A stretch of DNA of 64,000 nt from Psammoneis japonica (taxonomy: Eukaryota), in contig QPGO01000020.1 of NCBI GenBank assembly GCA_008632985.1, positions 248,001-312,000 on the forward strand, read 5' to 3'. This document shows positions 48,420 to 60,863 of the stretch, one piece after another; the stretch's first letter is position 1, and each line of letters begins with the position of its first letter. The notes under the pieces were generated by a model. That model worked only from the letters and a program-made list of their open reading frames with translations, had not been told where the DNA came from and ran no database searches. The translations under genes and the position numbers were made by a program.

Positions 48420-51400
48420 CAAGCAGGTTGCTCATCATGTGACACCAAGTTGCTGTGATGCATGCGGCAAGTTCTCATGTCGTGGCAAGTCACATGAGAT
48501 GCCAACATGCTGGTGCTCCTGACCTGTGTGTGCGCCATGATGATGACAAGGAGTTCTTCCTGCTGTTGCGCGGGGAAACGGGGAAACAAAAATCGGTGCA
48601 CTCTGTGGCTGGCCACCTTCAACTTTCTCTTGACAATGTCTTGAGTTGGTCACAAAAGCCTTGGCTGGCCATGCTGTGGCAAATCTTGCTGCTTCAGTTT
48701 TCACAGACCTTCTCTTTTTCTCTCAAGAGTCGTGCACCGCTCCTGGCACTGGCGCTGCAAAATTCATTGGAAAAGAGCGGCTCTCAAAGATGATGCAAAG
48801 ATCACAATGAGGTCCAAGCACATGGTTGTTGCCATCATCGTTGTTTGCACTCTCACTGTTGTTGTTGCTTCTTGACTGGCTTTTTGGCCATTGAGCAGCA
48901 GCGCTGCTTTTCGTTTGGTGCAGAGCACTGTTTTTGCACATTGTGAGTTTTTCCTGACTGTGGGGAGGTCCCACATTTGCCAGCAGAGACAAAACAGAGG
49001 ACAATGGACAAATCACATGAGGCACAAAGACAGACATTCACCACTCACATCAGAACATTGTGCTGTTGTTCAAAAATGAGTGCTTGGCCTGTGGCAGCCC
49101 AACAATTTGATGCCAGTCACGCCTGAGCCACCATGACAATCAAGTGCGCAAAGGTTCTTTGCCAGAGAACCAGATTTCTGAATCCTTTGATCTGGTCAGA
49201 CACCACCCTCAACAATCCTTTTCAATCCATGTCATCAGGTCCCCTGACTCTGGTGGCGATTGAAACAGAGCCTGGCACACCACCACTGGCTGATGCTGGC
49301 GCTCCACACAGTCTTTTTGTTGCAGCTGCATCATGGGGCAGAGTGGTGGGTCAGCTTTGCTTTCTGTTGAAGCAGTGCGCTGCTCCAATGGAAACAGCAT
49401 TGCTGTGCAGCTCTGCCAGTGCAGCCCAATTTTGAGCACTTCACTTCCAAATGACCTGGGCAGCTGCAAGCTGCCAAGAGTTTGGATCATGCAATGCATG
49501 GAGCTGTTTTCAAGGCACAAGTGCAATGAAAAGAACAAGGATGACAGCGCTGGTTCTGCTTGTGGAGACCAGCAGTCTCCTGTGCAAAAAAGAAGGGTGG
49601 AGTCAGTTTGGAGTGCACGGTCAACATGCAGAGAGACTGGTCTTTGTGCAGCAGCACATGTGTTGTGATTCTCTGCTGTGAATGTAAACTGACACCATTG
49701 TTGAGCCAAAAATGAGCATTCAGTGGTCAGAGCAAAGAACAGTTTTGGTTTGGGGCTGCACTTGTTGACAGCACTGCCTTTCTTGCAAGAACCTCTGTTG
49801 TGCTGGCTTGGTTGGGACAAAGGGAGATGCTTGCCAAGAGCTGGGGGGCAGCTTTTCAACACCTTCAGATGAGCACCTGCAGTTCCAAGCAGCACTTGGC
49901 GGTGCTGTGGAGCATCATGTCTGCCAGTGAGTTCTTCCTCCCAAACATCTGCCGCAATGTGCCACGCAACAGGACTTGCAAAAAGGTGGTGAGAGCCAGA
50001 CAGCTGAAGACAAACATTGAAATGGAGAGAGAGAGAGAGAGCTGTGAGATCAATCTTGTTTTGCAGCTGTGCTTGTTTGGCAGTGCTGTCCCTTGCAAGA
50101 ACCTCCACTGTGCTGGCCAACTCAGGCATGGAGGGAAGATGCAAAGAAATTGGGGTGGCTTTTCAGCACCTTCCAGATTGGCAGTTTGGAGTTTTGAGTG
50201 GTGTGGAGGATTCCCAGACTCTTCCCACTCACAGATGTCCCAACCATCTGGCATGCTGGTGCCATGCAATGGAGTGTCACAGTCCATGACTTCCAAATGA
50301 GCCACTGACAAACATGCGATGACAGAACTGGAGCTGCAGAGGCATGATGAACAGCTCTCACACACAATCGCAAAGAGATTCAGTCTCTTAAAGTCTGGCA
50401 CATTTGCAAGAATCCATGCCATGCTGGCTTGGGGGAAGAAGGGAAGATGCTTGCCAAGAAATCATGACTCCAAGCATTGGATCACCTCCAAAGATTCTTG
50501 CTTCCTGCTCACAGTTGTCTCAATGCACTGTCACCATGTGGCGCTGTTCTCCAAATGAACCACTCACAAAAATGTGACAAGAACCAGAGCTCCACAGAAA
50601 ATGACTGTCTTGCACACAATCACTGAAAGAGCAAGTCTTAAATGGCACAGCACATCTGCAGAAAAACAAATGCCAGCAGCCTCATCCAAAGTGGCTTGAA
50701 ACTGCAGCTCTCCATCTCTGGGGTACATCCACAATTGGAAGAAACTCAGGTTTCCAGACAAACCAGATGAGCTTGCCAATTGGCAGACAAGATGACACAA
50801 GCAAGACAATGCTTGTCATCAGAGATTGACTCATTTGTGGCACTTGGAGTCACCTCAGCCTCAACATGTCCATGGCTTGCTGGACTTTGGAGCCACAGCA
50901 CTGGGCAACTTTTCACTTTTCATCCTCACACTCAAGAGCCACAAGGCCAATCTTGTGCTCAACATGCAAGACATGGTTGGCACCATCATCATGGGATTTG
51001 CTCCCAATGCAGTTGGAAAGGCACTCAGTGTGTCAAAGAAACACAAATTGTCCACCTCCCATGTTTCACCATTTTTGTTGAAAAGACAACCTCGTGGCAT
51101 TGTGGCTGTGCACTCTCGCACACAAAAAGTCTGTCACAGAGACGAGAGAGCAAATGTAAAATGTTTGAACACACACACACACACACACACACAAGCATCT
51201 CAAACAATCAAGCACTCATGACAACAAAAGAAAAACTGGCTTGCCCATGTGATGTGCCACAAAGATGGCCATTTCATGGTCATGAAAGCCTTGAAGATGG
51301 CCATTTCATGGTCATGAAAGCCTTGTTGATCAATTTCACGAAAATGCTCCTGCACCTGCTCCTTGTTGGATCGAGACAAGGACTTGTCATTTTTGTTGAA

Positions 51401-51900
51401 AGATTCGGGACAAAGAAAACCTGCATCTTGAGAATGACTTGTCAACAATCCTTGAGCGCCACTGGTCTGGGTTCTGCGAAACTCCATTGTTGCTCTCAGT
51501 GTCTTTGAAGTCACTGCTTCACATCACGGCGCACGTGACAAGTGATGAAGGACAGACATTCCCGCAAAAAATCGTGCCGCACTTCATTTTTTGTCTTCCG
51601 CCCCTCTTTTTTGTTGTTGGCTGATTGTGGTTGGGATTGAGCAGCGATGATGGGCGATGGCTGCATTGAACAGTGGTGCCCATCAATCGCATCGCCGGTT
51701 TGCCCGCCCAAGCTGAAGGACATGGCTGCCTCCCAGTTGCTGTTGGCCATGATTCTTGACCTGCCCTTGCATTTGTCGGGAGCCTTCTTCTGACAAGCTT
51801 GTCCAAGTCTTTGAGAGATGTTTCCGTGGTTCGTCGGGCTTCTCGAGAGCCCCGAACGCGCAACAATGTCGTCAAAAGCGTGCAAAGAACCACAATTCTA
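48420..51900. other. TpA/CpG-depleted block D, content unidentified; includes (CA)n at ~51169-51193 and a 32-bp tandem duplication at 51262-51325
   Basis: Same dinucleotide signature as blocks B and C; repeats read directly. Confidence 0.9.
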
Positions 51901-52109
51901 ACTGCGCCAAAGGAGCTTCTGCAACCAAAGTTGCCAGAGAATGGCAGGCAATCGTAAAAGTTGACTGACGGACGGACGAGTCAGTGGCAAGAGGAAGCTG
52001 TTGTTTTGTTCTTGGAAAAACACATCCCTACAAATTCCTCGCTGAACGTCAGTGACACACGACGCCAGTTTTCGATCGTTCACACCATTGGTGGTAAAGA
52101 TCCAACCTT

Positions 52110-53420
52110 TCTTTGCTGACTTCCGGAGTTTAGCAGGAGGAATGATTCTGCCCATTTTGCTAATGAATTATGAATGTGCCAGCCAGCATCGCGAGTCCTC
52201 TCACCGCTGTCGCTGTTCTTGGAGCAGCTGTGGCCTCAATTCTTTTCGATAGTCGAATGCGGCACCCACTGGCAGATCGACCCATAATTGACGGGGGCAT
52301 TATCATTGTCATGCTACCGCTGATACGGAACACTGTCGGGTACCATGCTTCATCAAATCATGAGCAATAAAGTTCTGCTGGTCTTGCTTGTGGTACTTTT
52401 AGCTTCTGTGTCATATCGAACTCTTTTAAAAAAGGCCGAAAAATTTACAATGCCGAACGCGAGTGCATTGCTCAGCTCAAAGAAAACGACGGGAATATTT
52501 CGGTAGAAGCATCTGGGGATCAATGGACAGACTACAGAGCTATCGCGTTGGCGCCATAATATGGCTCGTCAGGCAATGCAAGCATTTGAAGGTTTCGGAG
52601 CCGAACTTGGAGGACAGAAGAATGGCCAGCAAATGAGTAATAGTCAAGATGCAAGAGAGGCCACACTATTGACCGAAATTGAAAATGACTGAAGAAGAAA
52701 TCTTTGCCCCGAGGTACAAAATTATGGCCGTCTATAGCATTTTTGCTTAGGTTGTCTTTTTCAATGCAATGTTAGGTGGCGGAGCTTTCCCTAGTCCCTG
52801 GGGTATTCGATGTGGTAGTATGCTGTTTTGGATGGTGCGTGTGGTCACGGTTTCAACTTTGCTTGCCTTTGCGTGGGCGGCTCATGTGTAAATCGCCATG
52901 AAATCAAGGAATTGGACAATTACGACTTTGTTGTTGGAGACGTTCGATGGGATACGCACGGGGCGTTCCTCTGCTTTCTCTTTCTTCTCACGGGGTTCAT
53001 GGCAGGAATCCTAGGTATTGAAGGTGGAATGTTGACCGTACCAATAATGTTGGATAATGGTGTACATCCGGAGGTTGCCGCCGCAACTTCTTCGTGCATG
53101 ATACTATTCACTGCAACGGCTTCTACTGCATCGTATGCGGTCTTCGGATTGATTCATTGGGACTATGCCGTGGTTTGTACGGTGATCGGGTTTGGGGTTT
53201 TCGCTCCTTGGGAAGATTTCAATGAAAAGAATGAAAAGGGACAAGATCAATGGGATTAAGCTCAAAAGAGAATCGTTCATTGCGTTTACTGTTGGCGGTT
53301 TCTTGCTTCTGTCGGGGATTCTGTTGTGCATCAATGCATTTTCATGATTGGGGACGTTGTGGAAGATGACGTTGGAGGGCTCTGTTATGAAAGGCGAAGA
53401 TTTACTCCAAGGCTCACTCG
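52110..53420 (+). pseudogene. TauE/SafE (sulfite exporter family) membrane protein pseudogene
   Basis: AGGMILPILL, RHPLADRPIID, GFMAGILGIEGGMLTVPIMLDNGVHPEVAAATSSCMILFT; multiple stops and frameshifts. Confidence 0.8.
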
Positions 53421-54682
53421 GCGTGACTTGAGATACAGGTGGTATCACCGTTACGGAACCAGCGCAAGCTGACACCACGCTTCGGGTAATTCTGGCGATT
53501 CCTTGTCGGCCGCATCGTTCTGTGGATGTACCGCAGAACACACGTTAAAGTCAGAGTTCACGGCCCCCAGGCTTTGAGGCTAGTTTGCCTCTACCGTTGC
53601 TCTCGATACTGCAGACGAATTCGCACAACACTCTAGCGACGCTACTTACTCGTAGCTCATGCGGCAAAGGCAACATTTTGAAAAGGCGACAACAGTCTAG
53701 ACGACTCCTTGCTCGGTCAACGTGACCGGCAGCTATGCACTCGGAAAGTTCGTCATGTGTCTAAAGGCCAACCAATAGAAGAAACGAAAGTTATAACGAG
53801 GATAGCTTGGATGACGACGACGAAGCTGAACGCATCATGGCTGGATATGGTTCTAGCCGGAAGTTGGGAGCAGTGGCCTGGAACCGCCAGAATAATGGGT
53901 CGTCCGTTAACAACCCAAAAGGCGGGAACCGGAGAGAAAATTCGCTCACGGCTCTGTTTGGTCTGATTCATAAAAGGGGGGGAAGAAATGTAACTTGGGG
54001 CACAACAGAAGCGAAGCGCGGCAAAAGAAGGGGAAGAAGAGTCAACGGAAGAATGCCAAGTGGACTTCGTACGTGGGAGTTGGGACATATGTCGTCGAAA
54101 ATCTGCAGACTACAGTACTTTTGACTGGCGACCTTTACAAAGTGCGTTCGAATGTCTTACGCGCAGTACTCCTGTAGCAGACTGTGCTCTGTCGAAGTAA
54201 CACAGGGTGTCATTGTAGATATCAGCTCCAAAGTAGATAATATATTCATTATGGATACGTCCAACATCAGTCTCGGCGTCTGATTGTTTTCACCTCTGCC
54301 ATAGCTAGCTACTACTCTAGAGCCCTGCCGGTAGTCGTACGAGTAACCGGATGCAAACGTGCCCCCTCCCGTGAAATCGAAAATGACTCCGTCGGATTTC
54401 CTACAGGTCTTTGAGGAGCTCACACCAATTTGTCGATACGATATGACGGTTCTCTCTACTAGAGTCGAGTCAGCATTAGTTATGTCCTGTACCAACTTCT
54501 TGTGGAACGATAACAAAGTTTCTTCTGAGACGGTTCGAGTTCATCCCTTGGCGGTGACGGACACGAGTGAATGATCTTGTTAGAACTATCGGTATTCTAC
54601 GTACCATATCATCTCTATCTCATGGTGGATGAGGATCTTAGCGGTACAATAAATATTAAGCATTGGCAAACTAGAGGAGATA

Positions 54683-55840
54683 TTAGGTCTGTTCGATTTC
54701 AATTTCTTTCGTTTCCTCATCCGCCGCATCAGTATCTTCGCCAACGCGTTTCTCAGATTCTTTGACTCCTTTTTGCTCTATCTGTTGGTCATACTCCTCT
54801 TGCGCTGCAAGGGAGGCATTCCTCACCAGTTCGTAACGGTTGACTACACCCAGAGCCGCCGCCGCGGCTTGAGAATCACCAGCCACAACGTTAGTAGTCG
54901 ATGCATGCTCGATTGCAAGAAGAACCCTGGATCCAAACCAGCCGCGGCACAAGCTTGGTGTGCAATCAAACAATCGTTTAAAGATAGTGCTCCATTTTCT
55001 CGCCCATTGAAAGACGCAACTCGACGCGCCGCCGTCACCAGTCGCTGTGCATATGCTTTCGCCAGTGTGGACACAACAACAGTAATCTCTTCAGATTCTC
55101 CAGGCGTAACGACCACCGTTTCGTCGTCCATTCTCACCATTAGACACTGAACTAGTGTCGCTGCTGTTGTGACCATTAGACTACTGCCAGTCCCATCGCG
55201 GATGTACGGACATCGCCGTGGCAGAGCGTTGTTGGAATTCTGGGCTTCACCTCCGATTCCCAGGTAGAGGAGACCAGGAACTCTGTCCAGTCTTTTCTCC
55301 ACTAGCACAAGCTCTTTCATGTGATGCAGCAATGCAGTGCACAACACAAGATGACACAGCATCGCCGCGAAAGGTGTACCGTTTGAAAGCTTCAAAACGA
55401 ACCCGTGCCATGCGATTGAACGTACTCAGCACTTGAGCCATTGCTTGCCCTTCGGTTGTTGCCTAGCTGAATACCGATACCAGGTGTAGAGAGGAGATGC
55501 AGCATCAGTACAACCAAAGTATACAGATTTAGGCAAGGCATGATATTCCCTCTCGATACTAACGATACTCTTGCAGGTGAGGACGTTTTCTCTTCGTTGC
55601 TGTTCTTGTTTGTCTTTGCCGATTTCGACTTCTTCTGCTTCTTTTTTGGTTTTTGTGGGATTGGTAGGCTTAGCTCCCTTTTCCCCCGGTTCTATAGATT
55701 GAAGCGACAGATATTAAGGACGTAAGAGAAAGTGAAGCGACGTGTAATCACATTCAACAACGTTGGGAGTGGGAAAATACTTGCTCACCAGCTGTCGTGG
55801 CCGCCTCTGACCTTGTCCGTTTGATTGAGCGATGGTCCAT
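54683..55840 (-). pseudogene. TAF11 (TAFII28)-like histone-fold gene, frameshifted
   Basis: RVRFEAFKRYTFRGDAVS and EITVVVSTLAKAYAQRLVTAARRV resemble the TAF11 histone fold; split over three frames, with 5' exons and introns. Confidence 0.55.
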
Positions 55841-56539
55841 CTCGAGGATTCAAACAAAATACCCGTCTAATGCATTCCTTTCAACTCACACTCTACAGTT
55901 GTTGTAGAGTACCGTATCTCTAGCCAGAAACAGCACCAACAAGCAACATAGCAAGAGCAGCAACGATACCTCGGCTCTGCTACCGGTACATCAACAGCGA
56001 GCTTGGAGTCGGCGTGAGCTCTCTCTACTCTCTACTCTAGAGAGTAGGCGAGGTCCGGTTCGGTCCTCGAGCTATACTCTCCATCGTTTTGCTTTGAATT
56101 TTTTTGGACACCTGTGGACAAACGGGACACTGTGTAGACCAGGGTGTAATTGAGTACTTAGTCATCCGTGGACAAGTGTAACAAGGTGTAACAAGTGTTT
56201 CCTGAACGATGGGGAGTGATATTCTCGCGCGAAAACGCGCGAGCAGTAGGTTCTGAGCCGCATGCGAACCCAAGCCGCTTTCCGCTTTCGCACCGCGAAC
56301 GCGAGGTGCGAGGCGGATTGTGTTGTTGTTGTTCATGTTGTTGTTGTTGATGTTGTTGGCCCCATCATCAGTTTCTTCGTGTTGCAGTATAGACTAGAGT
56401 ACATATGTGGTCATGATCTGAACCTGGTATAAATCATAGAAGAGCTTCAGCCAATCCTCTTGTCCACAGCGTTGTTTCTAACAACGTCCCTTCGTTTGTT
56501 CTGTTAGAAAGGTTAGGTACCGATCGTGACAAGCACTGA

Positions 56540-57645
56540 ACCAAGTATGCGACGCCGAATTGGAAAAAGAAGCGAGAAACCTTGTCGTCGTTAAAGCGAC
56601 TTAGCAAAGAAAACGTGTCTGCCCTCCGATCCAGGTAAAGTACCCTTCGAAGGTTGTGAGTGTGTCCTGCTCAAATTCAGGTGCGCTTATGATTGTTAAG
56701 GTATGTAGCTATGTCATGAAACCGCAGAGACTTTGTGAGAACTAAAGTGGCTGTTCACTTCTTCGATTCGTCCAGGGTAAAGGCTCCATGCTTGGGGCTG
56801 GTGCTGACTATGCTGAATATTTAAAGAAGGGACACCGGCATTACAGACAGAATTTGTTGAGGGTGGCATGAGTGTCGACGGAGTCATTCTTCCGCCAACA
56901 GGATATCTGCAGGCGAGTGTTGGAGCTGTGTGGGAGGCGGGAGGAGTATATATTGCTGATGAAGTGCAAACAGGGTTTGGGCGTCTAGGTGAATGTTATC
57001 GGGCATTTCAGCATTCCTTTGATGAGAAAATGGAGTCTTCTGCAGTGCCTGACATTGTAGCGGTAGGCAAGCCTTTCGGAAACGGTATGCCACTGGCGGC
57101 GGTTATCACAACACGCGAAATATCCGATGCTTTTGAATCCATGGGTGTGCCGTAGAGTACTTCAATACCTTTGGGTGGAATCTCGTTTGTTCAGCTGCAG
57201 GCCTAGCTATGCTTGATTCCATGGATTCGGAGAATCTCCTGCAGAATGTGGCCAAGGTAGGGAAGTACCTCACGAGACGGTTTCTCATTTTGAGGGCCAC
57301 TACATTGGATATCATTGGCGACGTCAGAGGATCGGGACTGTTCTTTGACATTGAACTCGTTTGGAATAAAACGACGTTTGAGACTTCCTTCCTTCGCACC
57401 GTCCTAAGGAGAAATACACAATTCTAACGATCATCGATGGACCATGCAATAATGTGCTGGTTGTAAAACCGCCATTGGTGTTTAGCATGAGTGACGCTGA
57501 TTTCTTCATCGAAAGCTTCGAGAATGCCGTTCTTAACGACTTGGCACTCTTCGGGGACGTGCCGCGGGAGCAAGCACTAGGAGTAGAATCCAATAAACTG
57601 AGTGTCATTGTAGAAGAGCTCAAAAGCAGATACTATTCATTTTAA
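56540..57645 (+). pseudogene. Class III PLP aminotransferase (ETNPPL/AGXT2-like) pseudogene
   Basis: GVILPPTGYL, VYIADEVQTGFGRLG, VPDIVAVGKPFGNGMPLAAV, YFNTFG, IIGDVRGSGLF, NVLVVKPPLVF; frameshifts and a deleted N-terminal half. Confidence 0.85.
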
Positions 57646-57945
57646 ATGGATAAATCTAACATTATCACAGTCTCGGCCTCTGACTGTTTCACCCTACTAC
57701 TGGCTAGTAGTTGAGAGCCTACGAGGAACCGAATGCAAACGTGCCCAGCCTCCCGTCAAAACTTGAAAAGCGTGACTGACTGTCGGCTTCTCTACAGGCT
57801 TCTCCAGTACAGTTTCTACGCATTCACGAATGGGCCAGACGCAACAACGAGCGACCGTCACGCTCACCGCACAATTTCAAGTTTGCTTGCATTGAAACAA
57901 CACTGTTATTACCAATCTATCTTTATTGATACCACTACCCCCATT

Positions 57946-60110
57946 ATGATTGCATATATTGCACTACTCATTCTCTCTACCAATCTCCTGCTACGTGTAT
58001 TTCTCGGTAAGCAGAACCACGGCCGAATCGTCAGCGGTTTGCTTTGGGAACTTTGGATATTCTCGTGCGTTGCAATGGACGGGATCCGCTGCATGATTGA
58101 AGAACTGGCGTCCTTCATTGTAGGAGTCTGTACAGCTCTCCTCGCTTTATATGCTGTGTTATTCATGTACTCCTCGTTGAAGTCGGTTGTCTATTTTCTG
58201 TACCGCCGAATTATGGAAATTGACGACCTGACGACTCTTTTTTGGAATCGAGCGTGCGATGCTGTTGCGGCTGCTCTCGCGGTTGTTGTGGTTGTATGGA
58301 CCGTGTATTGGTTCTTCTACTTCATCTACATTGCTTTTCAATTTGTGGGCCTTAGGCTGCTCTTCTTGAAACGCAAATGCTTTTGTCGCGGGCGTGTCAG
58401 ATGGAGACCCGCCGGACTGCAGTACCTGTACGGTGTTCACGATCGTCCCGTCCGAACCGGCGTGGCTGCTCCAAAAGTTCTTCGATATCCAAAGTATACA
58501 ACCAAGATTCCAGTGCTATCGGATCAGAGGTTGGACTTTGCATTGAGACGAATCGACAAGGAGCAAGACAAGCTGGCTCGGCAGTATCGTCAGCGGCATT
58601 TAGAGTGGCTGCCGAACGAAGAACTCATCAGGAATATCTTTGTCGGCGACCTTCCTCCAACCCCTACCGGCGTGGTTGCTAAACCTGTTCTTCGACGTCC
58701 ACGTCACACTCGTGTTATTCCCGTCCTGAATGATCAGCAGTTGACTGCGGCACTGCTTGAGTTTGACTCGAAACAAAACCTGTATATTCGTGAATATCAA
58801 ACTCAACCGATATATGATCACTGGCGGGGCTGGGTACGGACTGCAGTAACGATTGAACCGGCTGATGCGATGACAACAATCCTACCGGTATTGCGGTGGC
58901 GGAAGTAGTTCCTGATGCTGATGCTGATTCTGCTGCTGAAGAGCCTTGGGATACCTTGAACGAGCCTGCTGTGGCTGTTGACGAAGCTCCAGTCGATGCG
59001 GAGGTGGGCGTTCTCAGTGCTGACGTTGAGGAACCTGCTGTGGCTATTGACAATGCTCCAGTTGATGCAGAGGTGGGCGGCCCTGTAGCTGACGTTGAGG
59101 AACCTGCTGTGGCTGTTGACGATGCTCCAGTCGATGCGGAGGTGGGCGTTCCCGTTGCTGATGTTGATGAACCTGCTGTGGCTATTGACGATGCTCCACT
59201 CGATGCGGAGGTTGGCGTTTCCGTTGCTGACATTGAGGAACCTGTTGTGGCTGTTGACCATGCTCCAGTCGATGCAGAGGCTCGGCAGTATCGTCAGCGG
59301 CATTTAGAGTGGCTGCCGAACGAAGAACTCATCAGGAATATCTTTGTCGGCGACCTTCCTCCAACCCCTACCGGCGTGGCTGCTACACCTGTTCTTCGAC
59401 GTCCACGTTACACTCGTGTTATTCCCGTCCTGAATGATCAGCAGTTGACTGCGGCACTGCTTGAGTTTGAATCAAAACAAAACCTGTATATTCGTGAATA
59501 TCAAACTCAACCGATATATGATCACTGGCGGGGCTGGGTACGGACTGCAGTAACGATTGAACCGGCTGATGCGATGGACAACAGTCCTATTGCGGTGGCG
59601 GAAGTAGTTCCTGATGCTGATGCTGATTCTGCTGCTTATGAGCCTTGGGATGCCTCGAACGAGCCCGCTGTGGCTGTTGACGATGCTCCAGTCAATGCGG
59701 AGGTGTTCGTTCCCGTTGCTGATATTGAGGAACCTGCTGTGGCTATTGACGATGCTCCAGTCAATGCGGAGGTGGGCGTTCCCAGTGCTGACGTTGACGA
59801 ACCTGCTGCTGCTGACGCCACGGACGATCCTGCGATTGCTACACACGACGACAAGGAAGTCGATCATGGAGTTGCAGCGGAGGAGCCTGACGATACATTC
59901 GACATTCAGGATATGGCTGCTGACGGCAATCCAGTGACAGAGGAGGATGGTGTTCCTGATACTGTACTTTTGGGAAACAAGGAAAAGAAATCCCGCATTG
60001 TCCCATTGAGACGCTCGCCTAGGCTCCGTCAAGCCACTGGCAGTGTCTTTCTTTTGTCGAGTACTGGGCGTGTCGTGCGTAGATCCGCAAGGATCATGAG
60101 TCGCCGCTAG
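57946..60110 (+). CDS. Membrane-anchored repeat protein of unknown function: hydrophobic N-terminus, duplicated ~100-aa module, 23-aa acidic repeats, basic RRSxR C-terminus; one -1 frameshift near 58871
   Basis: ORFs 57733..58908 and 58896..60110 join if ATGAC at ~58869 is ATGGAC, as in the second copy of the module. Confidence 0.6.
58575..59810 (+). repeat. Nested repeats: tandem duplication with 704-bp offset (starts 58575 and 59279) containing 69-bp units (EPAVAVDDAPVDAEVGVPVADVE)
   Basis: Direct alignment by eye; 4+ units in the first copy, 2+ in the second. Confidence 0.95.
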
Positions 60111-60863
60111 ATTCATTAACTGCTTCTTCTGTACCCTTGGAAATCGAGCATGCACGGGGGCATCCCTTGATTCCATTTTACGGTACAATGCAGCTTCTAT
60201 GCGCATCAAAGACTCGCCAACATTGCACGACTTTGTCGTGCAATTCATAATACCATGGGGTGCACTCGTTGTGTCACGTTACATTCGATTGCACCCCCAA
60301 TGTAAGTCGATTTCGTGCCTCCCTTTCCTTTTCATGCAAGACTTGTTTACTGACCTCGTTTTTCGTTTTCATTTCACAACATGGAAATATGCTCTTTACC
60401 CGGTTCGACCACCCGACTTGAAACGATACGACAGACCGTCTTTGTTGAAATACTAAGGTTCAAGTAACCGTGGGTCCCGCCCCGCAACTTACGTTTTTTC
60501 AAACAAAATGTGTACCAGGCATGATTGGTCTTTCAACATCAAGAATACTCTGTTCGTATCTGCTCGAGACCCGTGGAGGTCAATGGACCAACCCCTATAA
60601 CTTTGAATGTCGGATGCGGAGAAATATGAATTAAGATACGGTAGTAGTGACAAAACGGAATCGGACGTCAAAGAATAGCGGCTCCATTGTTGTTACGTAT
60701 TCCGTGGCGTCTAGTTATAATTAGTAGGGCCGGGGTTTAACTGTGTAGTGGTACTTTAATTTTGTGTTCCCGTCCTGTGTCGTCAGATATTGTGTACTGT
60801 ATAACAAAAGCTTGCGTACGAAGTATTTCCATGTTGCCATGAAAAATTACTACACGAAGGAAA

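Noticed and set aside
18354..51900. Numerous 60-300 aa ORFs in the TpA-depleted blocks as real genes
   Set aside because: They overlap in all frames, lack Tyr and are explained by loss of TAA/TAG; only fragments with recognisable motifs were kept, as relics.
54157..54516. IFDFTGGGTF as an Hsp70 fragment
   Set aside because: Single short motif; surrounding sequence does not match Hsp70.
58960..59810. CRISPR-like array
   Set aside because: Repeats are contiguous 69-bp in-frame coding units with no unique spacers; no cas genes.
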